Positions 1-10,590 are shown, counted from the whole stretch's first letter. The stretch: DNA of 61,622 nt, filler included, from 10 parts of 10 records of this genome joined end to end with filler, not necessarily neighbours in it; one strand, 5' to 3'. Numbers and translations are program-made. The notes: generated from the sequence alone by a model not told the origin.

Positions 1-247
1 GCAGCGTAAGACCTTTTTGGTTTGCTATATCTTCCAGTGTCTCGCCGCTTTTTACAGCATAGAATGCGCCGTTTTGGCATCCGCCGGAAGAATAGGGTAT
101 CTTGATGCTGGTTCCCGGATAAAGTTTTTCGTTATCGTTGTAATCTCTTAGCTGCTTTTCAGTCATGCGATACTTTTTAGAAAGCGAAGCATATGTGTCG
201 TGTCTGCCTATTTTGTATTCAAAATAACTATAGGGGCATGTGTTCAT
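1..247 (-). CDS. LysM peptidoglycan-binding domain protein (partial, runs off window start)
   Basis: Not in the ORF track. Manual translation MNTCPYSYFEYKIGRHDTYASLSKKYRMTEKQLRDYNDNEKLYPGTSIKIP...FYAVKSGETLEDIANQKGLTL shows two LysM-type repeats; RBS GAGGTG upstream of the ATG at 247. Confidence 0.8.
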   Translation of the reverse strand, partial: MNTCPYSYFEYKIGRHDTYASLSKKYRMTEKQLRDYNDNEKLYPGTSIKIPYSSGGCQNGAFYAVKSGETLEDIANQKGLTL

Positions 248-368
248 TGTAGTCACCTCTTTATAGTATATTGATGGATTGCGGTTATGATGAGCTTGTA
301 TTTGCTTTTTTTACAGCGGAGTTGTAAAATGGTGCAGTACTAAATAATAACAACTAAGGAACAGAAAA

Positions 369-1274
369 ATGCACAATATACAAGAGGATATTAACAAGCT
401 TAAAAAAGAAAAAAACGCCATTATATTAGCTCATTATTATCAGACGGGTGATATTCAGGACGTTGCCGATATGGTGGGGGATTCTTATGGTCTGTCCGCA
501 AAAGCAAAAGACAACGATGCTGATATCATAGTATTCTGCGGCGTAAAGTTTATGGCTGAAAGCGCTAAGATATTAAGCCCCGATAAAAAAGTACTGCTTC
601 CTGTAATGGAAGCGGGATGCCCGATGGCGGATATGGTAACGCCGGACGATATTTCAGAGCTTCGGACAAAATACCCCGAGGCTGCAATAGTCAGTTACGT
701 CAATTCCACTTCCGAAGTTAAAGCCGTGAGCGATGTCTGCGTAACGTCTTCCAATGCCGTAAAAATAGTTTCGGCTCTGCCCGAAAAACAGATAGTATTT
801 GTGCCCGATCAGAACCTTGCAAGATACGTTGCTAAGCAGCTGCCGGAAAAACAGATAATACCGTTTTCGGGCTACTGCATAGTGCACCATCAGGTAAGCA
901 TGAAAGAAGTAAGCGAAGCAAAGAAGCACCTGCCTGACGCAAAACTTCTGGTTCATCCGGAATGCGGCGAAGACGTTGTTGACAGCGCAGACTTTGTGGG
1001 CAGCACGGCAGGAATTATAAAATATGCAAAGCAGTCGAATGAAAAACGTTTTATAATAGGTACGGAGATGGGTATTCTGCATGTGCTTAAAAAGCAGAAC
1101 CCTGAAAAGGAATTTTATCTGCTGTCGCCTAAACTGTTGTGCCGGAACATGAAAAAGACGAGAATACAGGATGTATATGACGCTCTAAAAAACGAACAGC
1201 ACGAAATAACACTGGACGAAGATATACTCATTAAAGCTAAAAAGAGCCTCGACCGTATGCTTGAACTTAGCTAA
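369..1274 (+). CDS. nadA: quinolinate synthase A
   Basis: ILAHYYQ, FCGVKFMAE, AGCPMA, CIVH, HPEC and LCRNMK motifs; first gene of the nad operon. Confidence 0.97.
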   Translation: MHNIQEDINKLKKEKNAIILAHYYQTGDIQDVADMVGDSYGLSAKAKDNDADIIVFCGVKFMAESAKILSPDKKVLLPVMEAGCPMADMVTPDDISELRTKYPEAAIVSYVNSTSEVKAVSDVCVTSSNAVKIVSALPEKQIVFVPDQNLARYVAKQLPEKQIIPFSGYCIVHHQVSMKEVSEAKKHLPDAKLLVHPECGEDVVDSADFVGSTAGIIKYAKQSNEKRFIIGTEMGILHVLKKQNPEKEFYLLSPKLLCRNMKKTRIQDVYDALKNEQHEITLDEDILIKAKKSLDRMLELS

Positions 1275-1286
1275 AGGGGAGACGGT

Positions 1287-2831
1287 ATGAGAAGATACGT
1301 AGTAGACTTAGACGGCGCCGAGATACTAAAGACAGATGTTGCAATAATAGGCAGCGGACTTGCAGGAATGTACGCAGCTTTTCATCTTGATGAGAGCCTC
1401 TCATGTGCACTGTTTACCAAAGAGCAGATAGAAGATTCCAGCTCCTCGCTGGCTCAAGGCGGGATAGCGGTCGTTACAGAGAAAGACGATACTTTCCTCT
1501 ATCACTTTCAGGATACCATAAACGCCGGAGCAGGACAGTGCGACGAAGATGCCGTAAGAACGATAGTGGAAGAAGGACCGGAGCAGATAGAGCAGATGTT
1601 AAGGCTGGGGGCTAATTTTGACCACGACCGCAAGGGCAACCTCTTAACGACAAGGGAGGGCGGGCACGGCATGAACCGCATACTGCATGCCGGAGGCGAC
1701 GCTACAGGCCTTGAGATGGTAAAAACGCTCAAAAAAACCGTGCTAGGCAAAGACAATATTACTGTTCACGAGAATTCTTTTGTTGCTGATGTACTTACCG
1801 AAGGCGACGAGGTAGTAGCTCTGAGCGTTTATGAAAAAGGTAACTGGTACGTATATAAAACAAAGCACGTTATTGTTGCAACAGGCGGCATAGGGCAGAT
1901 ATTCAGATATACTACCAATCCTTGTGTTGCGACAGGCGACGGGATAGCTCTGGGCCTTAGGGCAGGGGCTAAACTTGCCAATATGGAGTTTATACAGTTT
2001 CACCCCACGGGTATGTATACGCCGAAGAACAGGAACAGACAGTGTTTCCTTATATCTGAAGCCGTAAGGGGAGAAGGCGGTATACTGCTTAACGATGCAG
2101 GCCAGCGCTTTATGAAAGAAAGGCATCCTCTTGCAGAGCTTGCTCCGAGGGACATAGTCGCCCGAGAAAACTACAGGGAGATACAGAACCAAAACTCTCC
2201 ATATGTAAAACTTGATATAACTTCGAAGTCGAGAGAATTTCTCAAAAAACGCTTTCCAACTATATTCAATAAGTGCCTTGAAAGCGGCATAGACATGTCC
2301 GAAGATTTTATACCTGTGGGCCCTGTCCAGCATTATATGATGGGAGGCATAAAAACAGACCTTATGGGAAAAACGAACATAAAAGGTCTGCTTGCATGCG
2401 GTGAGTCTGCAATGACAGGAGTACACGGGGCTAACAGACTTGCAAGCAATTCTACACTCGAGTGTCTCGTTTTCGGCAAGCACTGCGCACAGGTGGTTAA
2501 CGAAGAGTTCACAGGACAAGATTATGAAATAGCAGTACCTAAGGTACTCAACACTTCGGATAAGGTTTTCAATACTCAGGAGCTTATGATAAACATTAAA
2601 GGCATCATGGTGAAATACTGTGGTATACTGCGTAACGGCCCAAGCATGATGTACGGACTTGAGCTTATGGAGCAGATTCTTTGTCTGCTTAAAGATGCAA
2701 CTCTGACCGATGTGCCCCAAATGGAGCTGTACAACATGGCTGTGATATCAAGAGAGGTGCTGAAAGGCGCAATAGCCAGAAAGAAATCAGTCGGGGCTCA
2801 TTATCGCATAGACGAAGGGAGAACGTATTAA
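1287..2831 (+). CDS. nadB: L-aspartate oxidase
   Basis: GSGLAG FAD motif, AQGGIA, REGGH, QFHPT, ELAPRD, HYMMGG, GVHGANRLASNS. Confidence 0.96.
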   Translation: MRRYVVDLDGAEILKTDVAIIGSGLAGMYAAFHLDESLSCALFTKEQIEDSSSSLAQGGIAVVTEKDDTFLYHFQDTINAGAGQCDEDAVRTIVEEGPEQIEQMLRLGANFDHDRKGNLLTTREGGHGMNRILHAGGDATGLEMVKTLKKTVLGKDNITVHENSFVADVLTEGDEVVALSVYEKGNWYVYKTKHVIVATGGIGQIFRYTTNPCVATGDGIALGLRAGAKLANMEFIQFHPTGMYTPKNRNRQCFLISEAVRGEGGILLNDAGQRFMKERHPLAELAPRDIVARENYREIQNQNSPYVKLDITSKSREFLKKRFPTIFNKCLESGIDMSEDFIPVGPVQHYMMGGIKTDLMGKTNIKGLLACGESAMTGVHGANRLASNSTLECLVFGKHCAQVVNEEFTGQDYEIAVPKVLNTSDKVFNTQELMINIKGIMVKYCGILRNGPSMMYGLELMEQILCLLKDATLTDVPQMELYNMAVISREVLKGAIARKKSVGAHYRIDEGRTY

Positions 2832-3663
2832 TGATAGATAGATTTGCGCTGGAGAGGCTTTTGAAACTGCGCTTCAGGAAGACTGGAACACGGGCGATAT
2901 AACCACGATGAGCACAGTACCCAAAGGTACGGCAATCAAAGGAAAATTTATAGCGAAAGCAGACGGCGTTCTTTGCGGAATGGATGTTGCAAAAGCTGTA
3001 TTTGGATATATAGACAAGAACGTAACTATCGAGAGTTTTTTCGAGGACGGGCAGAGCGTTAAGAAAGGCGATATAATAGCGTCTATAGAAGGAAGCGCCG
3101 TTTCAGTCCTTACCGGTGAAAGGCTTGCGCTGAACCTTATGCAGAGGATGTCTGGAATCTCAACCAACACTAAAAACACTGTAGATAAAGTTAAGGGTAT
3201 GGAAGTTAAGATACTCGACACAAGAAAGACGACCCCAGGGCTTAGGCTGCTTGAAAAGTATGCTGTAAAGGTCGGCGGCGGATATAACCACCGGTTTTCA
3301 CTTTCAGACGGAGTGCTTATAAAAGACAATCACATCAAAGCGGCAGGCGGAATTGCAAAAGCTGTAACATCGGCAAGGCAGAACGTGCCTCATACGCTCA
3401 AGATAGAGATAGAAGTCGAGACATTAGAGCAGGTGAAAGAAGCGCTGGAGGCAGGCGCAGACATAATAATGCTCGACAATATGAATAACGAGCAGATGAG
3501 CGAAGCTGTGGAACTAATCGATGGAAGGGCGCTTACTGAAGCTTCGGGGAACATGGACAAAAAGAATCTGGCGGAGGTTGCTGCTACCGGGGTAGATTTC
3601 ATATCAATAGGAGCCTTGACAAATTCGCTTTATCCGCTTGATATAAGTTTAAAATTTGAGTAA
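2831..3663 (+). CDS. nadC: nicotinate-nucleotide pyrophosphorylase (carboxylating); apparent 1-nt frameshift near 2864
   Basis: DTRKTTPG, NHRFSLSD, LIKDNH, IMLDNM and EASG motifs. ATG at 2831 overlaps the nadB stop; adding one A in TTGAAACTG joins MIDRFALERLL to the ALQEDWNTGDITT frame. Confidence 0.93.
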
Positions 3664-3692
3664 CAGATATACAATATATTAAAGCAGTTTAT

Positions 3693-3717
3693 AAAGGCTG
3701 AAAGTCATCAGCCTTTT
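3693..3717 (+). terminator. intrinsic terminator after nadC
   Basis: AAAGGCTGA-loop-TCAGCCTTTT hairpin. Confidence 0.7.
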
Positions 3718-3814
3718 ATATTGCTGTAAAATTGGTTCATAATCACGTGAAAACTCAAAGCTGATATTTTATAAACGCATAATAAAACAGTTTGTAATAC
3801 TCAATAATAGTATT

Positions 3815-5143
3815 ATGAAAAAGAAAGAGAAAGGCTTATCAACAGTTCATTTAATGATGATGGCGCTGGGTACAGTTATAGGCGGTTCGTTTTTCTTAGG
3901 ATCGACTGTTGCGATACAGGCTGCCGGCCCTGCAGTTATTATTTCATATATAATCGGAGGCATTTTAGTATATCTGATACTATTCAGCTTGTCGGAAATG
4001 ACGGTGTCAAATCCCGATTCCGGTTCTTTTCGAACGTTTGCAGAAAACGCATACGGCAGAGGTGTAGGCTTCGTTGTCGGATGGGTGTACTGGACAGGGC
4101 TTGTGCTTGCTATGTCGAGCGAGGCAATAGCTCTGTCGATATTCTTGAGCGAGTGGATAAAGGGTATATCCATACCTCTGATGGGCGCTATAATTATCGT
4201 CGTTATAACTCTGCTTAACCTTATTGGCGCTGATAAGCTAAGCAAGATGGAAAGCGGACTTGCATTTATAAAACTTCTTGCAATAGTAGGATTCATAGTG
4301 CTTGCACTGATGATAATATTTGGGATTACTTCGAACGGAGCGATAGGTACCGGCGCTATGCATCAGGAAGAGTTTTTTCCTTCGGGTATAGGAGGCATAG
4401 CCGGAAGCCTGCTTATCGTCATGTTCACATATGCCGGTTTCGAGATAATAGGGCTTGCAGCATCAGAAGCGGATAATCCCGACAGAACGATACCGAGAGC
4501 AATAAAATATACAGTTGCCAGCCTCGTAGGGTTATATATCATAGCAATTACAGTTTTGCTTCCTCTTATTCCTATTGATAAGCTGTCTCAGGATCAAAGC
4601 CCCATGGTACTGGCTCTCTCAGAGTGGAACATGGGCTGGGCAGGAAGCATAATGAGCTTCGTACTTATAACAGCAGTGTTTTCAACTATGCTTGCGTGCA
4701 TGTTCGGGTTGGGGCGCATGATACGCTCTCTTGCAGATGAAGGGCATTCACCGAGATGGCTGAAAGACAAGGGAGAAGTCCCGTATAAAGGCATTATTTT
4801 CTCCGGCACTGCTATGCTCGCGGGGCTTCTTTCAAGCTTCGTTCTGCCCGAGAAGGTCTATGTATTCCTTGTCAGTTCCGGAGGTTTTGCACTGTTGTTT
4901 ACATATCTGGTAATTCTGGTGACTCACTTTAAATTCAGAAGGGTCAACGGCTGTCCGAAAGGCAAGTGTCAGCTGCCCGGGTTCCCGTACACTTCAATTA
5001 TCGCAATTATCAGCATAATAGCCATAATCGTTTGCATGCCGTTGGTTGAAGGGCAGGGCTATGGTCTAATAGCAGGTCTGGGGCTTACGCTGCTATTCAC
5101 ATCTATATATTTGGTGAAGAAGTACTTATTTGGAAAACGCTGA
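3815..5143 (+). CDS. APC-family amino acid permease
   Basis: GTVIGGSFF TM1 motif, FTYAGFE TM6 motif, about 12 hydrophobic segments. Confidence 0.92.
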   Translation: MKKKEKGLSTVHLMMMALGTVIGGSFFLGSTVAIQAAGPAVIISYIIGGILVYLILFSLSEMTVSNPDSGSFRTFAENAYGRGVGFVVGWVYWTGLVLAMSSEAIALSIFLSEWIKGISIPLMGAIIIVVITLLNLIGADKLSKMESGLAFIKLLAIVGFIVLALMIIFGITSNGAIGTGAMHQEEFFPSGIGGIAGSLLIVMFTYAGFEIIGLAASEADNPDRTIPRAIKYTVASLVGLYIIAITVLLPLIPIDKLSQDQSPMVLALSEWNMGWAGSIMSFVLITAVFSTMLACMFGLGRMIRSLADEGHSPRWLKDKGEVPYKGIIFSGTAMLAGLLSSFVLPEKVYVFLVSSGGFALLFTYLVILVTHFKFRRVNGCPKGKCQLPGFPYTSIIAIISIIAIIVCMPLVEGQGYGLIAGLGLTLLFTSIYLVKKYLFGKR

Positions 5144-5333
5144 ATCAAAACAATAAAGGTTATTTACGACTCATTTACACAGCTTAATTCCGCCGCTTTG
5201 TTTTTTTAATAGGAGTTATTAGTCTATAATTCTTTTCGTCATGTAAATCTGAATTATGTAGTTTGTCGTTAATTGTAAAAGAAACAATAGCGTGATAAAA
5301 TAAATATATTATCATGACTTTTTTGGGGGCTGC

Positions 5334-6527
5334 ATGAAGATACTTCACACTTCTGATTGGCATATCGGGCATACGCTTTACGGCAAGAAAAGGAACGAGG
5401 AACACAGCAAGTTCCTTGCTTGGCTTGCAGAGTTGATACAGCAGAGGGGAGCGGACGCTGTTATTGTTGCGGGAGATGTTTTTGACAACGGGTCTCCAGG
5501 CGGCGGTGCAGAACAGCTCTATTACGATTTTTTAACTTCTATTATAAAATCAGACTGCGGTACAGTGGTTATCGTTTCCGGCAATCACGATTCACCAAAA
5601 CGTCTTCAAGCGCCTTCCGGCATACTTAAAAACCTTGACATACACGTTGTAGGTATTCCGCGTGAGCCCGATGAACACGTCATAGAACTGAAGGATAAGA
5701 ACGGCAAAACAAGGGCTTTGTGCTGCGCTGTGCCGTACCTAAGAAAAAATGAGATGGTCAGGCTGCTTGGAGAAGAGGACAAGTCTTCGGATGATGCTAT
5801 AGCAGTAGCTACCAAACAGTTCTACAGAGACGTTACGGATGCTGCTGTTAATATGAAAGCGGGGGTTCCTATTGTTGCAACCGGACATCTTTTTGCAGCA
5901 GGAGCGAAAACCCAAGAAGGCGACGGAGTAAGGGAGCTGTACGTCGGGAGTTTAGGACACGTTGGCGCAGATACTTTTCCGCAGGAACTCGGTTACGTTG
6001 CGCTTGGGCACATACACAGCGCCCAAACGGTAGCAGGGCAGGAGAGAATAAAATACTGCGGTTCGCCTCTACACATGAGCTTTTCCGAGACTGGAAGCAG
6101 CAAGTATGTGCTGGAGCTTGATACAGAAAACATGGAAGCCGAGAAAATAGAAGTGCCGGTGTTCCAAAAACTCTGTGCGGTTTCGGGAGATTACGACGAG
6201 ATAATCGGAAAGCTTGGAGAACTTGAAGACGGAACATGGGCAGAGGTGACGTACACAGGCAAAGAACACAGAGCGTCGCTTGCTTACGACATAAACGAAG
6301 CCGTAAAAGGAACGAGCGTAGAGGTGCTAAGTATCAGGAACAAAGCGGCGATAAACAGTATAATAAAAGCTGCTGAAAATACGCAGAGCCTTGATAGTAT
6401 GAAAGTACAGGATGTATTTTTAAGATGCCTTGACGATAACGAAGTAATGGGGAAACGGCGTGAAGAGATGATAAGCTGTTTTGACGAGATAGTTCGTGAA
6501 GTAGAGGAGAGCGATTTATGCGAATAG
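5334..6527 (+). CDS. sbcD: exonuclease SbcCD subunit D
   Basis: HTSDWHIG, AGDVFD, SGNHDS, ALGHIH and YCGSP metallophosphoesterase motifs; overlaps sbcC. Confidence 0.95.
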   Translation: MKILHTSDWHIGHTLYGKKRNEEHSKFLAWLAELIQQRGADAVIVAGDVFDNGSPGGGAEQLYYDFLTSIIKSDCGTVVIVSGNHDSPKRLQAPSGILKNLDIHVVGIPREPDEHVIELKDKNGKTRALCCAVPYLRKNEMVRLLGEEDKSSDDAIAVATKQFYRDVTDAAVNMKAGVPIVATGHLFAAGAKTQEGDGVRELYVGSLGHVGADTFPQELGYVALGHIHSAQTVAGQERIKYCGSPLHMSFSETGSSKYVLELDTENMEAEKIEVPVFQKLCAVSGDYDEIIGKLGELEDGTWAEVTYTGKEHRASLAYDINEAVKGTSVEVLSIRNKAAINSIIKAAENTQSLDSMKVQDVFLRCLDDNEVMGKRREEMISCFDEIVREVEESDLCE

Positions 6528-7738
6528 AGAAGGTAGTTATTGAAAATATAAACTCGCTCTTTGGAAGGTTTGAGATAGATTTTACTGACAGTGAATATTC
6601 GCTTGGATTGTTTGCGATAGTCGGACCGTCCGGCGCCGGAAAGAGCACGGTACTCGATGCAGTGTGCCTTGCGCTTTACGGCAGGACTCCAAGGATAACA
6701 GTCAGCGATATGCACAACGAGGCAATGAACCGAAGCTCAGACAGCTGCCGTGCAGAGGTAGTGTTCGTATCCGGCGGCAAGAGGTATCTCGGTGTGTTCG
6801 AGCACCGCAGGACGATAAGAAGCGCAAAACCATTTATGTCGGCAAAAACGAGATATATGAGCATCTTGCTGACGGTTCAAACAAAGCACTGTCGGATAAT
6901 TCCACACAAGCGAGGCAAAGGATAACAGAAATAATTGGCCTCGATTACGACCAGTTCACACGCTCGGTTATGCTTGCACAGTTCAGGTTTGCGGAATTCT
7001 TAAGCGCTAAGCCAAACGACAGAGCGGCGATATTGGAGCAGGTCTCGGGTACGGACATATACAGGCGTATATCTACAGCAGTGTACCAGAAGCAGAAGAG
7101 CTTTGATACAAAGCTTAAAGAGATAAACATAAAAAAAGAAGCGGTCAGCGTGCTTTCGCCGGAACAGGAGAGCGAGATTCAGGCGGAACTGAAAGAAATA
7201 GATTATAGAATAGCAAGTTTTGAAGCGCTCTCAGAAAGCCTTAAAGAATGCACAGGTGCGCTTGGCGAACTGGATAAACAGCAAAAAGCGCTACTGGCTT
7301 TCGAAGAGAAAAGAACGACGATAGCAAAAGATAAGCAGCAAAAGAGCAGTGACTTTGAACAATCCGTAAAAGACGAAAAAGAACAGAGAATAAAAATCGA
7401 TGAGCTTAGAAAAACGCTTGTTAAAGTCAGGGAGCTTGACCTTAAGATATCGGGACAGCAAAAGGAAATAAGCAGGCTGTCAGGCGAGATCAGCAGTGCC
7501 GAAGCTAATGTTTTAGACCAGAAAAAATATATTCTTGGCATACTCAAAAAACACCTTCCGCAGGCAGACAACGACAAACTAAAAGAGCTGTATGAATCTC
7601 AGAACGAAGCTGACATAATTACAAAGCATATCAGTGTTAAGCTAAAAGACAGAGAAGACAGCCTTAAAGCCATTGAGGCAGAGCTTAGAAAGTTACTACA
7701 GGGGAAAAACGAAAAGGATTTAAGAGCCGAACTGGAGA
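6518..7738 (+). CDS. sbcC: exonuclease SbcCD subunit C (N-terminal part; frameshift near 6845; truncated by contig end)
   Basis: Walker A GPSGAGKS, LDAVCLALYG, then GLDYDQFTRSVMLAQ and coiled coil in the next frame. Confidence 0.9.
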
Positions 7739-7838
7739 NNNNNNNNNNNNNNNNNNNNNNNNNNNNNNNNNNNNNNNNNNNNTTAATTAATTAANNNNNN
7801 NNNNNNNNNNNNNNNNNNNNNNNNNNNNNNNNNNNNNN
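7739..7838. other. artificial contig-joining spacer
   Basis: N44-TTAATTAATTAA-N44, stops in all six frames. Confidence 0.98.
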
Positions 7839-7839
7839 C

Positions 7840-7869
7840 TCAGTCCTTAGTCCTGTGTACTCATCACTT
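7840..7869 (+). repeat. 30-bp direct repeat copy 1, containing AGTCCT heptamers
   Basis: TCAGTCCTTAGTCCTGTGTACTCATCACTT matches 8349-8378 at 25/30 positions. Confidence 0.75.
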
Positions 7870-7874
7870 TTCCT

Positions 7875-8243
7875 ATGAGCCGCATCCAACGATTCGAAGA
7901 CCTAATCGCATGGCAAAAAGCCCGCATATTGACCCAGCGTATTTACGCGGTAACGCAACACGGCGCATTTGCCAAAGATTACGGACTAAAAGACCAAATC
8001 CGCAGAGCCTCAGTTTTCATCATGTCAAATCTTGCTGAAGGATTCGACCGAGGCACCCGTCCTCAGTTCCACCAATTCTGCGTCATTGCCAAAGGATCAT
8101 GCGCCGAAGTGCGATGTCAGCTTTACATCGCATTGGACGCCGGGTATCTCTCTAGCCAAGCGTTTCAAGAGCTCTACGCACTTTCTGACGAAGTTTCCAA
8201 AATCATCGCCGGTCTCAGAAAATCTTTAAAAATAGAGGACTGA
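7875..8243 (+). CDS. four-helix bundle protein (TIGR02436 / 23S_rRNA_IVP family)
   Basis: [29 protein letters not shown] and IAKGSCAEV signature motifs. Confidence 0.95.
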   Translation: MSRIQRFEDLIAWQKARILTQRIYAVTQHGAFAKDYGLKDQIRRASVFIMSNLAEGFDRGTRPQFHQFCVIAKGSCAEVRCQLYIALDAGYLSSQAFQELYALSDEVSKIIAGLRKSLKIED

Positions 8244-8378
8244 GGACTGAGTGCCGAGGACTGAGTATCACCAAATTGAAATTTGTGAAGAACTCAACAC
8301 GAACCTCATGACAACCAACCAAATCAAAACAACTTCAGCCGTCTTCAATCAGTCCTCAGTCCTGGATACACACCACTT
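8235..8378. repeat. REPIN-like inverted heptamer-repeat element
   Basis: GAGGACT GAGGACT GAGTGCC GAGGACT GAG (8235-8265) is inverted relative to TCAGTCCTCAGTCCT (8349-8363). Confidence 0.7.
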
Positions 8379-8379
8379 G

Positions 8380-8730
8380 TTTTTACATGGTCTGGAAGCT
8401 TATCTTGAAACCGGTGTTCATAAGCGGGAAAGCATCTGGAGCAAAGGTATTGCTGTTGGGAGTCCAGTTTTTCTGGAAGCGACAAAAAAATGTTTAGAAG
8501 CAAAAGCCCTGACCAGAAAAATTAATGAGCACGATCAAGGCGATTTGTTTCGGTTGAAAGAAAATCAACGAACATATGACGAGGATGCTCAGAACACTAT
8601 GTTGATAAATGCAATCCTATGAGAGATAAACTCTTAAACTGCTATTTTGGGGTCAAGAAAGAGACGTTTAAGGGTAAAAAATGAGTTCAAAGTGGGTATT
8701 TTTGTTGATAATTTATCTCGGCCCGACTCC
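8380..8730 (+). pseudogene. 3' remnant of a REP-associated tyrosine transposase (RAYT/IS200-like) with its terminal sequence
   Basis: KRESIWSKGIAVGSPVFLE...FRLKENQRTY resembles the C-terminal W-x-x-x-IAVGS-x-x-F segment of deltaproteobacterial Y1 transposases (recalled, not searched). No HUH catalytic part is present; ends in CGGCCCGACTCC. Confidence 0.55.
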
Positions 8731-8758
8731 TATCCAACCATATCAGAAGGAAACTCGC

Positions 8759-10186
8759 ATGATTACACCTGTTATTATCGCCGGGGGTTCAGGCACCCGG
8801 CTATGGCCTCTGTCCCGTCAACTTTACCCCAAGCAACTACTCAGTCTTGTGGGACAAAACACCTTATTGCAGAAAACGATCCTAAGAGTTAGCGGTCTGG
8901 CAAACCTGTCAAATCCAATGATCGTCTGCAACGAGGCGCACCGGTTCCTGGTGGCAGAGCAGCTCAGGGAAATTACCCTTACCACTCCAAATATTATCCT
9001 GGAACCGGTGGGCCGGAATACCGCACCTGCAATTGCTGCGGCTGCATTTAAAGCCCTGTATGATGATCCAGAGTCAGTCTTGCTGGTTCTGCCAACAGAC
9101 CATGTTATGGAAAACATACCAGAATTTCATAACGCCGTTGAGAAAGGGTACAAGGCTGCCAAGGATAATAAGGTTGTTGCATTTGGGATTGTTCCAAGTA
9201 CTCCTGAAACCGGATACGGCTATATTCAAAAAGGCCAAGCTATGGATGATACAGAGCACGTATTCAAAGTGGATCGTTTTGTTGAAAAGCCGGATCAACA
9301 GTCAGCCAAAGGATATCTCGCCTCAGGACAGTATTGCTGGAACAGTGGCATGTTCATGTTCAAGACTGCAGCCATCCTGGATGAAATCCAGAAATTTGTT
9401 CCGGATATATACAAAGCCTGCAGCACTGCCATGGAAAAAAGCGTGAAAGACCTTGACTTTATAAGACTTGACAATGTTGCCTTTTCACATTCCCCTTCTG
9501 ATTCCATTGACTACGCTGTCATGGAAAAAACTGATAAGGCCGTTGTCGTGCCCATCGAAGCCGGCTGGAATGATCTGGGCTCATGGGAGGCCCTCTGGCA
9601 GACCGGCAAAAAAGATGAAAATCTCAATGTCACTAAGGGTGATGTCATTTTATCAGACGTCAAGAACTCATATCTTCATGCGGAGAACAGACTAGTTGCA
9701 GCAGTCGGGTTAGAGGATCACGTCATCGTTGAAACTAAAGATGCGGTTCTGGTCTCTCATAGAAATAGAGTCCAGGATGTAAAAAAACTGGTCAACCAGC
9801 TTAAAAACTCCGACCGTCATGAGTCTGTTAATCACAGTAAAGTTTACAGGCCATGGGGAAACTATGAAACAATCGATATTTCGAAACGGTTCCAGGTCAA
9901 ACGGATCACAGTGAAACCTGGGGCCAAGCTGTCTTTGCAGAAGCATTTTCACCGCGCCGAGCACTGGACAGTAGTGTCTGGTACGGCAGTAATTACTAAG
10001 GGGGATAAGGAAATTCTTTTGAGTGAGGATCAGTCGGTCTATATACCCTTGGGGACGATTCACAGGATGGAGAATCCCGGCTCAATACCCCTTGAATTAA
10101 TTGAGGTTCAGTCAGGTTCTTATCTGGGTGAGGATGATATTGTCCGGATTGAGGATGTCTATGGGAGATCAAAACCGAATCGGTGA
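8759..10186 (+). CDS. manC: mannose-1-phosphate guanylyltransferase / mannose-6-phosphate isomerase
   Basis: AGGSGTRLWPLSR, EPVGRNTAPA, FVEKP, SIDYAVME, RPWG and LSLQKHFHRAEHW; start at ATG 8759 after an AGAAGGA RBS. Confidence 0.96.
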   Translation: MITPVIIAGGSGTRLWPLSRQLYPKQLLSLVGQNTLLQKTILRVSGLANLSNPMIVCNEAHRFLVAEQLREITLTTPNIILEPVGRNTAPAIAAAAFKALYDDPESVLLVLPTDHVMENIPEFHNAVEKGYKAAKDNKVVAFGIVPSTPETGYGYIQKGQAMDDTEHVFKVDRFVEKPDQQSAKGYLASGQYCWNSGMFMFKTAAILDEIQKFVPDIYKACSTAMEKSVKDLDFIRLDNVAFSHSPSDSIDYAVMEKTDKAVVVPIEAGWNDLGSWEALWQTGKKDENLNVTKGDVILSDVKNSYLHAENRLVAAVGLEDHVIVETKDAVLVSHRNRVQDVKKLVNQLKNSDRHESVNHSKVYRPWGNYETIDISKRFQVKRITVKPGAKLSLQKHFHRAEHWTVVSGTAVITKGDKEILLSEDQSVYIPLGTIHRMENPGSIPLELIEVQSGSYLGEDDIVRIEDVYGRSKPNR

Positions 10187-10323
10187 TTTGAAAAAATAAG
10201 AGAGTTTTTTTACCTCAAAATCTCAAATTAGGGCTAAGAAAAACAACTCTCATATGACAAGAATGTCTCTGTTCGCTATGTCGGCAAAGATAAAATACCA
10301 TGGAAAACAAACCTTAAACTTTG

Positions 10324-10413
10324 TTTGGGGTAAAAAAGAGGCCTTTCAGAAAAAAACGAACTTTAAATAAAGATTCTTATCAATAATTCAATGGTTTATT
10401 TCGGTCCGCCCCC
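10324..10413 (+). repeat. second copy of the RAYT-end-like sequence
   Basis: TTTGGGGTAAAAAAGAGG...ATAAT...TTATTTCGGTCCGCCCCC resembles 8646-8730 (TTTGGGGTCAAGAAAGAG...ATAAT-TTATCTCGGCCCGACTCC). Confidence 0.6.
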
Positions 10414-10590
10414 GTTCCACCGTTTTCAACCATTTATCTCGGTTCGTTCCAAATCCACCGGCATCCGGGGCGATCCAAACATGATTTAGGCATTACAAAT
10501 GATCCTTAAACAAGTTTTTACTTTGTCCGTTTCAAAAAAAAATTTAACATCACTCTTAATCGGGCAAAATCATCGTTACGAATTATTTCT

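Noticed and set aside
7875-8243. Four-helix bundle as a DGR Avd or a 23S rRNA intervening sequence
   Set aside because: No reverse transcriptase, TR/VR pair or rRNA sequence on the contig.
8235-8378. Heptamer arrays as a CRISPR array
   Set aside because: Units are 7 nt with no unique spacers and no cas genes. No CRISPR array was seen anywhere in the window.
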